Notes under the pieces: model-generated
What the model saw: the letters and a program-made list of their open reading frames with translations, nothing else
What the model was told of the DNA's origin: nothing
Database searches by the model: none
NCBI GenBank assembly: GCA_009602735.1
Contig: WELA01001098.1
Coordinates: 10,469-67,814 of the forward strand
Source: Mesotaenium endlicherianum
Taxonomy: Eukaryota
Length of the DNA: 57,346 nt
Reading direction: 5' to 3'
Translations under genes and position numbers: made by a program
Shown: positions 12,541 to 24,100 of the stretch, piece after piece
How the letters are laid out: each line of letters opens with the position of its first letter
How positions within the stretch are numbered: the first letter of the stretch is position 1

Positions 12541-15381
12541 ATGGCTAACACGTGGAGTCCTCTAGCCATCCTCCTTTTCCTCTCCATGACTACTGTCCTC
12601 GCCTCTGCGTCCGACAGTAGAAGGTGCCTTTCCAACGATCCTCCTCCTCTTATCATGTTCTCTGACTTTACAATGTTATATTACTGTGCCAGGATATCAG
12701 AAAGCAGTCTAAGAAACGTCAAAAAGACAAATGGCTTATATGGATGATGAAAATCATGTTTCTATCATCTTAATTTACATTTCAATTGCCTGCGCACAAT
12801 GACGCTCACCGCGCTCCCCTGCCCCCTCTTCTTCCTCCTCCTCCTCCTCCTCCGTCTCCACCGCCTCCTTATGTTGTCTTCCGGATGATTTGTTGTGAGC
12901 ACTTGCATTGCTGGTTTACTCACCTCAGTATTTCTACTCTAAGATACCGAACGTTAATGGTGCCCAATTTTACAAATGTTCATCACTGGACTGCAGTGAT
13001 AAAGGACGTATGCACAATATACTTCCTTACGCATATATACATAGATGTATATATTCGTAAGGACGCATGCACAATGTACTTCCTTACGCATATATACATC
13101 TATGTATATATGCGTAAGGAAGTTCATTGTGCATACGTCTTTTATCACTGCAGTCCAGTGATGAACATTTGTAATATATATATATATACACCTTCCATTC
13201 ACACACAATGTGTCTTCTGAAGTCTGTAAACTGCAGGCCCACATTTTAATGCGCGCGCGTGTGTGTGTGTCGTGCGCGCGCTGCGTGCGTTTGTGGGTGC
13301 GCGTGTGCATAGGCTTGGGTGCGTGTGTGGGTGCATGTGTGCGTATGCCTGCGTGCGTGTGTACATCATATATTTGAAGCCTGTACTCCATGTAACTCTC
13401 TTGAGCAAGGTTATATGGGCAAAGAATAGTCCTAACTTTCGTCTGACTACCTTGTTGCAGGAGTGTGGGCCCTGCAGGCTCCGTTAGCAGCATTTCATTT
13501 AAGAGAATGAGCATAACCTCTTAAGACTCGATCGAGACATATTGGTTGTCTCCACCGCAGGAGTCTGAAGACGTCAGGGCCCTGCAGCGGATTTGGCGGG
13601 AAGAAGAGAGTCGCCCTCCTGGTGGCGGACCCAGGAGGCTTCTCGGGAAACGCAGAGGCCAAGTTCTATTTCACAAACTTGAAGAGCGCCGTCGCTGAGG
13701 AGGAAGGCTCCAGCGTGTGCGCCGGCCGCACCTTCGCCACGCTGCTGGGGCAGCACGTCATCATCGTCACCACGGGTGAGCATACGTACAGCTGCATGTG
13801 TGAAAGAGCGTGCGTGGAGTGCGCTTGTGTGCGCGCACGTGTGTGCGCGTATTTCTCTGTGCACGACTGTTCTGTAACCCGACGTTCTTTGTAGTGTCCT
13901 TAGATTTGTGGCGGGGTCTGCGCACATGTATGTGTTCCTCATCTGAGTCAGTCTCGGTGTGTGTAATGTTTAAGGCTTATAGTTTGTCACTAAGCCAGGT
14001 CAGGAAGCCTGTGACAGCAGCCAGTCATTACTGAAAGTAGTCTAATGTGGATTGTGCTGTATGTTTGTAACTGTGTACCTGCTAAGAAACATCTGAATGT
14101 CAACAGGAACACGATAGCGACTGCGTTCATGCATATACAGAGATTAAAGTACACGAGAGAAATAACCACATCAACACACCCATGGTGCTGTCTTCAGCAA
14201 AAAAGCTAACATTGTGGTCTTCTTGTTTCTGTGTAATAACTCACAAAATGCTTCCGATGACAAACAGAAGGTAAGCCTGCAGCGCCTGTCTGAGTGCTCC
14301 TGACTGGGGTTTCCGGGCAGGCATCGGGCCCGTGACGGCGGCGCTGTGCGTGCAGGAGCTGCTGCAGTGCCGGCAGTACGTCTCTGAGATCGTTTACTCC
14401 GGCACCTCCGGCTGGCCCGTGCAGCTGGGCGGCGTCCTCAACGCCGACGGCAAGGCCAACCCCAGCAAGGAGGTGAGAGGAGAAGAGAGTCTTCCGAAAG
14501 TCCGCCGACTTTGTGTTTTGCTAGCAATTTGTGGGTTTCTGTTGTGCTGTTTGTGTGCTTGTTTTGATGACGATGGCAAGGGCAACCCTGGGAAGGAGGT
14601 GAGAGGAGAAAGGTATCCGTCCCAGTGCTGTGCTAAGAGTGTGTTGGTTTGTGTATTGCTGTCAGTGAGCTCAACAGCGATGGCAAGGCCAACCCCGGCA
14701 AGGAGGCGTGAGAAGAAAGCTTCCGCTATGCTATTCTACGCTATGCTATCGTTTTAGAGGTCCAAGTTCTACTTCAGGAATGACGTGCAAGGGATGTGAT
14801 GAATGCTGCTGGTCATATGCTCCGACAACCCTGTGCACTGTGTATGTGTATGAACGTGGGTCCTGCAAACAGAAAGTTGGACTAATGTGGAACAACGTTC
14901 TCACAAAGAGAGTCTGCCTTCCTTGTGACGATGCAAGGGAACTGATAAAGACCGCAAATAAGAGAGAGATTATTTGTGGGCAACGCATGACATAGTAGCT
15001 GCAACGTTAGATCATTCTACAAGCACGTTCCCCCGTATGGCACGCCTGCCCCCTAACACCCGCGCGCGTGCTTCTCCCTCCCTCGTGTGCTTCCTCCCTC
15101 CCGCTGACTCTGCCCTGCTTGGCCCTCTTCCCAAAGGTGCTCCGCCCAGGCGACGTCTGCGTCGCCCCGTTTGCAATCAACTGGGAGTGCCAGCAGACCG
15201 ACTGGACGCAGCAGTGCGCCAGCTGGCCCAACGTGGACGCGCTGCCCGCCTTCACGCTCGGCCCCACCGCTGACTTTCTGTACGGGCAGTGCATCTTCAA
15301 GGCCTCTGTGAGCCCGATTACCTCCCCCATTCCCCTTCCCGTTGGGGGCAGCGTGTCCACGTTTGGACAGCGGGGCAGCGG

Positions 15382-15475
<94 letters not shown>

Positions 15476-17802
15476 NCTCCTCCTGGCCGGCCAGACCCCG
15501 GCTACCACGGCTACAGCGCACACAGATAAAGAGACGCACACTTAGGTATCTGCATGTGCCTGCACTTTGTTCCTGCTTCTATACCCGGAGGCTGGCATTG
15601 TACGTATGTACGCACGTGTGTACATATGTGTTAAGGTGGTCACATTCTGTATGCATGCACGAGATTTGCTTCCATGTTGAATGAGCGCCCTCGCAGACCA
15701 GTCATGGAACCCCAAGCCTCCGCATGTGTGGCCACATGGACCAATTGCGGAGGTCCAAATCATCCGAGTGCCAGCACGGGCGATGGGGCCCTCCTGCCGC
15801 GCGCCTCCTGGCCTGAGTAGCAGAGCATACTAACTAATTCACACTAAGTGTTTATAAAAATATATATACAGTATATATAGCGTACATAATGCGTATAAAT
15901 AGTGTATATACTAAGCATACTAAATTCATACAAAGGCTGGCGTCGATCCTCCTGAAGCAAGCGCGAGGTGGAGAAGGAAACCATCGAGCATAAAGGAGGC
16001 AAATGCGGAGGATCTCTATCCTGACACACGTCGTTTCTCCTGCTGCCACCTGGCGCTCTGGGTGTGGCGGATATCTTTCCAGGTCAAGGCTGGCGTGCAT
16101 CTGTCCAACGAGATCTACTATGCCGCCCGCTCTGCCGTCGGCCGCGCCAACGAGCCGAAGCGGGGCGCCAAGCTGCTGGTGGGCGGCAACCCTCGTCTTT
16201 TTCTGCCGCCCCTGCCTTGTCCCAAATGCACACACTCGCTCACGAGTCGCGCCCCTTTCTCCCCGCCGGATTTGTTGTCCGGCTGCGCTGTTGTGCGACT
16301 GCATCGGTGCTGGCATTCATAACATGGCATACAAAATTCCACATCTACCTCCTCTTCTCTGAATTCCCCTGCCGCTTTTGACAACCAACACGAGAACCCC
16401 CGCAAGCTCGCTGCCAAACGGTCAGAACCAGTATATACCGGGACCAGTTTCATGTGACGTGCGGCTAGTGTGAGCAGGAGCCCTTCTTACACTGGCTCCC
16501 ACACGCATCCTATCGCCCGTGTCATCGCATACATGCGGAGTCTCGTTCAGACTGCGTACACACCCGCACTCACGCACGCACGCATGCATGCATGCGCGCA
16601 ACGAGGATCCACATGCACGCTCGTATCTACACACAATGCTGCATGCAAACGTGCGCGCTGAGCGCACGGTATTTGTCTCATGCGTTCAAAATGGGCCGTG
16701 GGGCATGTCATGCTTTGTGCAGGCGAACGAGAAAAATTTCTTCGGGAACTTGACGCAGGGCACCGGCATCAAGTACAACGTTGCCCCAGATGCCAGGATC
16801 GGGATATATGACTATCGCACCTGCGTTGAGGTGTGTAAGCTCTCCCCCTTGCCCCACCTCTCTCTCTCTACATATATATAGACAAATACATATATATACA
16901 TACATTATACATGCATGTACATAGATACATACATATACACACATGTATACATGTACATGTATATACACATACATATTCACGTGTAAACATGTGTCTACAA
17001 TCGTATACACGTGTATAAACTCTCTCTTTATTATTATCACTCTTTATTTGCTATGCAATCAGATTCCACTTCACCTCACACCTGCCACTTCCACGTCTCA
17101 ATCCCTCACACATATGGCGACAGCTGTCCACTCCACGTTCCAGTCCCTCACCTAGATCGTACTTGCCGCTGACAGGTGGACGGCCAGTTCTTTTACTCGG
17201 GCGTGCCGTGGGAGATGCTGTCGCGCGACTTTGCCGCGCTGGCGCTCAACCAGGCGCTCAACACCACCCTCACCCGCCGCGACGTCATTGCCGTGTCAGC
17301 CATGGAGGCCGTCGGGGTGGCCCATGCGATCGAGAGGTGCTCATAGCTGCTGCCGTGGCAGCCAGCCATGGCTGCTACTATGGCGGCCAGCCATGGCTGC
17401 CTGCCTTTCCTCTCGCCTCTTCCTGTGGCCGTGTCCTGATCTTGGCTCATTCTTGTTGACCCCCATGGGACGAAGGTTCCTCTCTCTCAGCTGCGGAGAG
17501 TTCTTGCCTGAAGCTTGATTCTGAGCCTGAGCCTCCAAAGACTGAGGACGGATCACCTAACGCGTTCTAGGTGTGTTGAGAATCTGGACTGTTTATGAGC
17601 TGGGCCAGTCAACGAGTGGGCCGAGTTCGGTCTCGCCATCTCGTGTTCTACGTTGCTCATCCCCCCCNGGTGCGCGCAAACTCCGACTACCTGCACGTGC
17701 CAGTGACACCTGTCAAGCAGGGGGGCACCACCACCTGGCGCCAGATCAAATACGAGCAGGACTTCCCCACGAGCTACCTCTACGCCATCGCATCTTTCTC
17801 GC
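12541..17802 (+). CDS. Secreted nucleoside phosphorylase-I superfamily protein (MTA/SAH nucleosidase-like, PNP_UDP_1); 3' end uncertain
   Basis: Exons 12541-12623, 13561-13775, 14321-14472, 15137-15307, 16083-16178, 16723-16830 and 17176-17336 join with consistent phases. A probable exon is hidden in the gap at n17668, followed by about 17670-17802. A further exon may start near 18042, but its phase is unresolved. Signal peptide: MANTWSPLAILLFLSMTTVLASA. NP-I motifs occur in order: VTTGIGPVTAA (cf. GIGKVNAA), SGTSG, RPGDVCV, VDGQFF, SAMEAVGVAHA (cf. EMEAAAIA), VRANSDY (cf. RAISD). Confidence 0.8.
12970..13174. repeat. Long near-perfect inverted repeat (arms about 85 bp) in intron 1; MITE- or hairpin-like
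   Basis: ttacaaatgttcatcactggactgcagtgataaaggacgtatgcacaat... is mirrored by ...attgtgcatacgtcttttatcactgcagtccagtgatgaacatttgtaa. The same peptide TNVHHWTAVIKDVCT appears on both strands in the ORF track. Confidence 0.9.
15384..15475. repeat. Poly-C tract ending at a single-N gap
   Basis: 92 consecutive C then n15476, inside an intron. Confidence 0.9.
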
Positions 17803-18401
17803 GTAAGAGAGGGCCCGGCCCCCTTCACAACACTTCCTCTCCAATTTCCTTGAGCCTTGCCGCAATCGTAATCCCAAACCTAATGTGAACCCCTAACGGT
17901 AACCCTAACCTGCACCCTAACCTGTAGTTTAAGCCTGCACCCCAACCTGCTCCGCAAAAATCTCCAAGAGCTAGCCCCTGTTTCTGCTCGGTCTCCTCAT
18001 GCTGCGGACTGCGTGCTGCTCTTTGCCACATCTCTCTGCAGCTGCAACTTCACTGCGGGTGAGGTCAGGAGAAACCAAATTACTGTTGCAGTGCCAGAGC
18101 CAGCCGACCCCCTAGATTATTCTAGGATCAAGGCGGCAATTGCTAGCCCGCAGCATGTAATCAAGTATTGGCCCCACAAGAAGCGGCCAGCACTCCCGCC
18201 CATGAGTGACTGATGGCGCTGCCTAGTGCGGCTTCCCTTCATACACCACCCCCCTAGCCCCCGAGCCCCAAACATTTACTTTTACCTCCTTTTGCCTGAT
18301 GTTGTCGACTCTGGCGATGCATCGGAGGCCCAGGCATCACTAGCAATGCTGCTCTAAGGAATCAGATAGTGACTAAGGAACGCCAGTCCCCCCCCTCCCC
18401 C

Positions 18402-18729
18402 NNNNNNNNNNNNNNNNNNNNNNNNNNNNNNNNNNNNNNNNNNNNNNNNNNNNNNNNNNNNNNNNNNNNNNNNNNNNNNNNNNNNNNNNNNNNNNNNNNN
18501 NNNNNNNNNNNNNNNNNNNNNNNNNNNNNNNNNNNNNNNNNNNNNNNNNNNNNNNNNNNNNNNNNNNNNNNNNNNNNNNNNNNNNNNNNNNNNNNNNNNN
18601 NNNNNNNNNNNNNNNNNNNNNNNNNNNNNNNNNNNNNNNNNNNNNNNNNNNNNNNNNNNNNNNNNNNNNNNNNNNNNNNNNNNNNNNNNNNNNNNNNNNN
18701 NNNNNNNNNNNNNNNNNNNNNNNNNNNNN

Positions 18730-18773
<44 letters not shown>
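18402..18773. repeat. Assembly gap followed by a (GA)n microsatellite
   Basis: N 18402-18729, then a GA run. Confidence 0.9.
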
Positions 18774-18774
<1 letters not shown>

Positions 18775-20333
18775 GCGTACCTGCTGCTTGGCTATGCTTA
18801 CAGGGGTACCAAAGAAATGTCAAACCCTTTTCTGACTATACCTTCACCCCAAGCCATTGGGCTGGGTTGGGACGGCGAGGCCTGGCCTATTCGTTGTGCT
18901 AGCTATAAGGTGGGATTGTCTGATCTCCCTTTTTCCCGCTGCGCTTCAGGGCCCAGTTTCCTTTTATTTCCCCATTTTCCTCTCTCCTCATTTTCCTCTT
19001 TCTCCTGTATTTATTTCAATAGTATATATCTATCTGTCATCTACGATAGCCCATACGGGCCCACAGTGCCAGCAGGAACAATGCGTACTACTAATATATT
19101 TTGCGCATTACGGTCGCGCTTTAGGAAGGAAGGTCGTAATTCCGATGCCTTGATGTCACAACAGAGAAGTACATGATGGCATATGCCCTCATGTGATTTT
19201 AAGATTGCTTCCATTAGGAGTGGCTCAGAGACATCTCTGACAGTCCGACAGCTGTCACTGGTATGGGCAATGGAGCTCAAAGCCCGGCGCCTTGGCGGCA
19301 GAATCTTAAACTTACTTCAGTTCAACCTAGATTTAGGGCATCACAGATTGTGGATGCTGATAAATTTAAGAGTAGGTGTAAGTCGTATACATTCAGCGAA
19401 TTTTGGATAATTGTGTGCTTCTGGCCAAGGACATTTGAATACTTATTATTTCGTGGAGTGGTTCCTCGGCTTTGAATTACATGAAGATCGGGCAAGTTCT
19501 TCTTTGTTCGTCCAATTGAAGTTCCTAAAGAGGGTCCTTGGCATCAAGCATCAGGCGTCTACCATTCTCCTGATGAGGAGGCTGTAGTCGCGCGTTTGTT
19601 CCAATAGGCGTCAGAAGAAGTCATTCAAAAACAATAGACCTCGCTGTGCACGACTGGAAATACACAATATAGACGATCATGAGTCCAGGTCCTTTTGGGG
19701 TAGTTATCAACATACCAACCCATGAGCATTATGCAATGCACGTGTGCAAATAAATCTCGGGTCTATCTATCTATCCTGATGCTCCTTGTCATCCCCGTGA
19801 GAATGGGAGAGGGTCTAATGGCACGTACTGTGATCTGAGTGCTCTACAGTTATTTCTGTAGTTGTGCGACGTCTGCTTAAATAGCACTCTACATCTCAAC
19901 GATGATAAGGCATTCGATAAGAGTCCTGCATGCAAACTGGCGTTCTGAATTCCTGAAACAAGTGGATGTGTTACCCCATGCTCGCAGGGGAGGAGGGTGA
20001 CGGGGGGGCCCCGGGGTAGAAGGGCGTAGAAGAGAAAAATTATTCCTTCTTGACGATAAGAATGAGCTAGCAGAGGCGGTGCCTCAAGGGCAAGTTCGAC
20101 AAAGCAAAGCTTGCTCATTCTTTTTGCGTCGGTTCTAAGGACAAAGCGTGTATAAATCACGGTGAGTTGACAAACCAAAAGATTCCTCATTCTCTCTGTG
20201 TGGGTAATAAGAAGAATGTGAGTATGGTTGTCCCCCTCTCAATCACCGCTTAGTGCGCTGCCCCAAAATGTCTTCCTCCCCAAGAATTATTAAGTGCTTG
20301 CCATCCTGATTGTTTATTTACTGTTTGCCGCAA

Positions 20334-21128
20334 TCATGTCCGCTCCGTCGCAAATGCGAGAGTTTGCTGCTTCGTGGATCGTCCTGGAAAAGAGAAAGGC
20401 GTTACACACACGTCTAGTGTGAGTGCCTGCCCTGCAATACATATATATATATATACATATGTATCCTTGTCTTTAGAATATAACAATAGTTAATGCACGT
20501 ATGCATGTGACATTATGTAAATGTATACCAAATATACACGTAGAGCAAATTCTTCCAAACAAGTTTTCTTCGAGCGCACACAACACACAAGCAAACTTGA
20601 GCTCAGGGCCAAACGCTACTACAGAATCTGATTGGCAGAGAGAACAAAAAAACAATCATAAGAAAGATGTGGAGTGACTGTGTACGGATGTAAACAAATA
20701 TATAAGCAACTACGAATATGTGCTTATACTTATATGCAAATATTCAAATGCAAACACAGTCGCAAAGATACACTCGCTGCATTGTGCATTGTGCCCAACC
20801 CTTTGCGAAGAAGTCTTGGAAATCAAAAGGGAAGTCCCAAAATCGTACGCCGACAATGCGCATGAAGGGATTCACAGAGCATGCGCCACACTTGACACGA
20901 CAAAAAGATCATCACCCTGGCTGCAAGGACTTGGCAAGAAGGAACACTCGAGTGACGTGTTGTAACGCGATGTTGATGGATGCAGCAAAGCAGAGCAAAG
21001 AAGTGTGTGTGTGTGTGTGTGTGTGCGCGTGTGTGGGCGCGCATATGCATGTGCGTGTCCAAGTGTGTGTACGTGTGCATATGCGTGCGTGTGCATGTGC
21101 GTGTGTATCCAAACACGCGCTCGCGCGT

Positions 21129-21173
<45 letters not shown>

Positions 21174-24100
21174 AGTGAAAATGCATGTGCGCGCCTCCCA
21201 GTCAAGACAAACACAAGCACCGTGCTACAGGGGGGGGAGGGGGAAGATGACGTTAAGATCTAAGCGTGGGCACGCACCTGTGGCAATGGCAATGGTGCTC
21301 TTCGCTTCAGCGACAGCTGTCCTCCACGACTCGTACTCCTTTTTCTTTACACGCCGCCTCGACGGCTTGACACCTGGCACCTGCTTCCCAGAAGCTCCCG
21401 GGGAACCCACAAGTAGCCCAAGTGGCGCATCAGTTGACCATCCCTCATCTGGTGACACTTGGCACTCCTGGCACTCTTGGCGCCCGCGCACAGGCTGCCC
21501 CTGGGGGCACCTGCCTGACGGCCTGACACCTGTCGCTGTTCGAGTTATGACTCACAAGCTTCCAAGCCCCGGTCTCTCGCGTCAGCTGACGCCAAGTTGA
21601 CTCCTGGCACGTGCTCATAAGCTGACAGGCTGGCATCCTAACTGGCTGTAAGCAGATCAAGGGGGGCATCAAGTAGCGACCAGTCAGCCGTGCGTCAGTA
21701 ACCGAATTACCCTCTGCAAAGGCTCTTTAAGAGAGAGAGAGAGGGAGACACATCACATTCACAAACTAAAAATATCAAATTCATACAATGTCACTGGAGT
21801 CAGCATGATCTCTCATTACACAAGTGCGCATGCGCTTTGCATGAATATTATATTATTACTCTACTTTACTATATTACATTATATTATATTAATATACAAT
21901 ATTAAATGAAGCCAGGACTCTTTCACCTCAAGGCCGTCTTCGTCGTCGAGAGAGCCGTCGTCGTCGCTGCCGCTGGTGCTCCTGTCGTCGCTCCCATGCC
22001 CACTCTCCTCCCCTCCTCCTCCCCCTCCTCCCCCATGCTCGTCCCCTGTTTCGTGTCTCGCCCTCTTGCAGGAAGCACCACCTGAGAAAAGACCCCTCTC
22101 GAGTTTCAACACAGAGGAAGGTCAGACGAAGATCCGGGTGCCACAAGAAAGTGCTTGGCCATCGCAGGTGCGAGGGGAGGTCACGAGATGGAGTGTCAGG
22201 GAAAGGAGTCACAGGAGGGAGTGTCATAGGAGGGAGTGTCATTGATTGAAAGTGACGGGATCAAGTCTGATTGGGGGGATGTTTGCAGAAGGGACTCCAT
22301 CAAGACTTGAACCTACACCTCGCACAAACCTTGCAAAACGATAATACATACATAACCTGAACCCAAGTCCATCATCATAACACTTCCCAACTCCGACCCT
22401 GACCCTAATTTTCCGGGCCGTGCGCATCCTAACCTCAACCCGGGCCCCACTTCATATCTCGACCAAAATCCTAATTCATGATTCATCCCTAACCCTAGTT
22501 GTTAGCCTTCGCATACCCGTACGTTACCCACAATTGACATGAGCCTTACTCCAAACAGACAATGATGACCTTACATTTTTGGATAAAAATAAAAGGGCGG
22601 GCGGGCGGGCGGGCGGGCAGGGGGGGGGTGCGAGGAGGTTGAGTTGTATTCACATCTCCTTCTCGCTACTCAGAAAAGAAACTGACATGGAAACTGAGAT
22701 GCCATGCTTGTCCTGAAGAGAAGCTACGACCTAAGTCGTTCGCCGTCTAGTCCTTAAACCCTGAAACCCTAAACCCAAACAAACTGTCTTTTGTGCAATA
22801 AAGGGAACACGGATGCAAGACAGCACACTATCGTACGCGCGCTCCTGAAGCACACGGCCCACACACTCTCGAAGACTCCCCTGAGCTCTACGCCCGCACC
22901 GGAAGCCTAAACCCCTAGGTCCTAAATCCCCAAACATACACCCTTCAACCCCACATCAACCCCACATAAAACAAACATGATCAGGTAGACCAACGAGCAG
23001 GCCCCTGAGGAAGTATTCATATACGCCTTCTGAACTCACATCCCCTTTTTCCTCGTGTACATCCAGCGCCTGTCTCTCCCAGGCCTCAAAGTCAGAGTCT
23101 CAAACCCTAAATTTCTGAAACGCTCGCGCCATGATCCCCGAATTTCTCAAATTGCTGAGCTCAACAGCTGAGCGGAAAATGACCAACCAAAAACATTGCC
23201 CAAGTCCGGTCACTGTCACTTGAATGCCACACCCCTCATCTGTTGAAATCAAAACCATCGGCCCAAGCATCGACTCAAATTGGGTTTCCTAACTGCAATG
23301 GTCTGTCCTCCGCATCGCTAGTAATCTTCTTAGAGACAGTGAGACGGACAGACAGTAAGACAGACAGGCAGAGACACGGAGACTAAGGTAGAGACAGAGA
23401 ACGAGAGACAGAGCGGCAGTGAGATAGAGGGACAGAGAGACAGAGAGACAGAGGGAGACGGCAAGACAAACAGGGCAGGTAAAGTTGAGAGAGAGAGAGA
23501 GAGGGGGGGGGAGAGAAAGAAAGAAACAGTACTGGTGCCTAGAGCGAGCCATCTGTCGGCTTGACAGTTATGCGGGGCTCCTTTCCTCCTATCTGCTGCA
23601 GGTATCAAGGTTTAAGGGCTGGCAGAAGTACCCAGATTAGGGTCGTCATGTACTGCCAAAGTCATTGTCCTCACATGCGACTCATTTTGCTCTCCCCCTC
23701 TTGTACTCAATACTTAAAGTCTAGGTTTTACACGGGGCGTATGCATGAAGATTGGGCGTTTGGAGGTATGTAGGGATAGATCGTGGGAAGAGTCTCCCTC
23801 CCACTTACGCCCCCCTGGCCTTAGTGTTGTGTAGCGCTTCTATAGGCTTCTCACTTAGTGTCTTGACATTACATACACACATAATATATAGATATATGCA
23901 TATATAATGTATATATATCATATTCTTTATCTATTGGGCCTCGAGTTTCATTTCTGGAATTGCTCTCCCTCTCTCCCTCCCTCTTGTTCTCTCTCACCCT
24001 TGTGGCCGTCGGTGTTGTGGGGACCGCGCTTCTTCTCGACGCCGACGACGTCGTGACACGTGTCCAGCATGGACGCTATGACCTGCGACGCACGCACAGC

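Noticed and set aside
15289..15545. Poly-Pro/poly-Gly ORFs resembling extensin
   Set aside because: Translation of an intronic poly-C run next to a gap.
18013..18213. ORF CNFTAGEVRR...PPMSD as the last exon of the nucleosidase-like gene
   Set aside because: The acceptor at 18041 is plausible, but this frame needs phase 2 while the GT donor at 17803 gives phase 1. Left unresolved.
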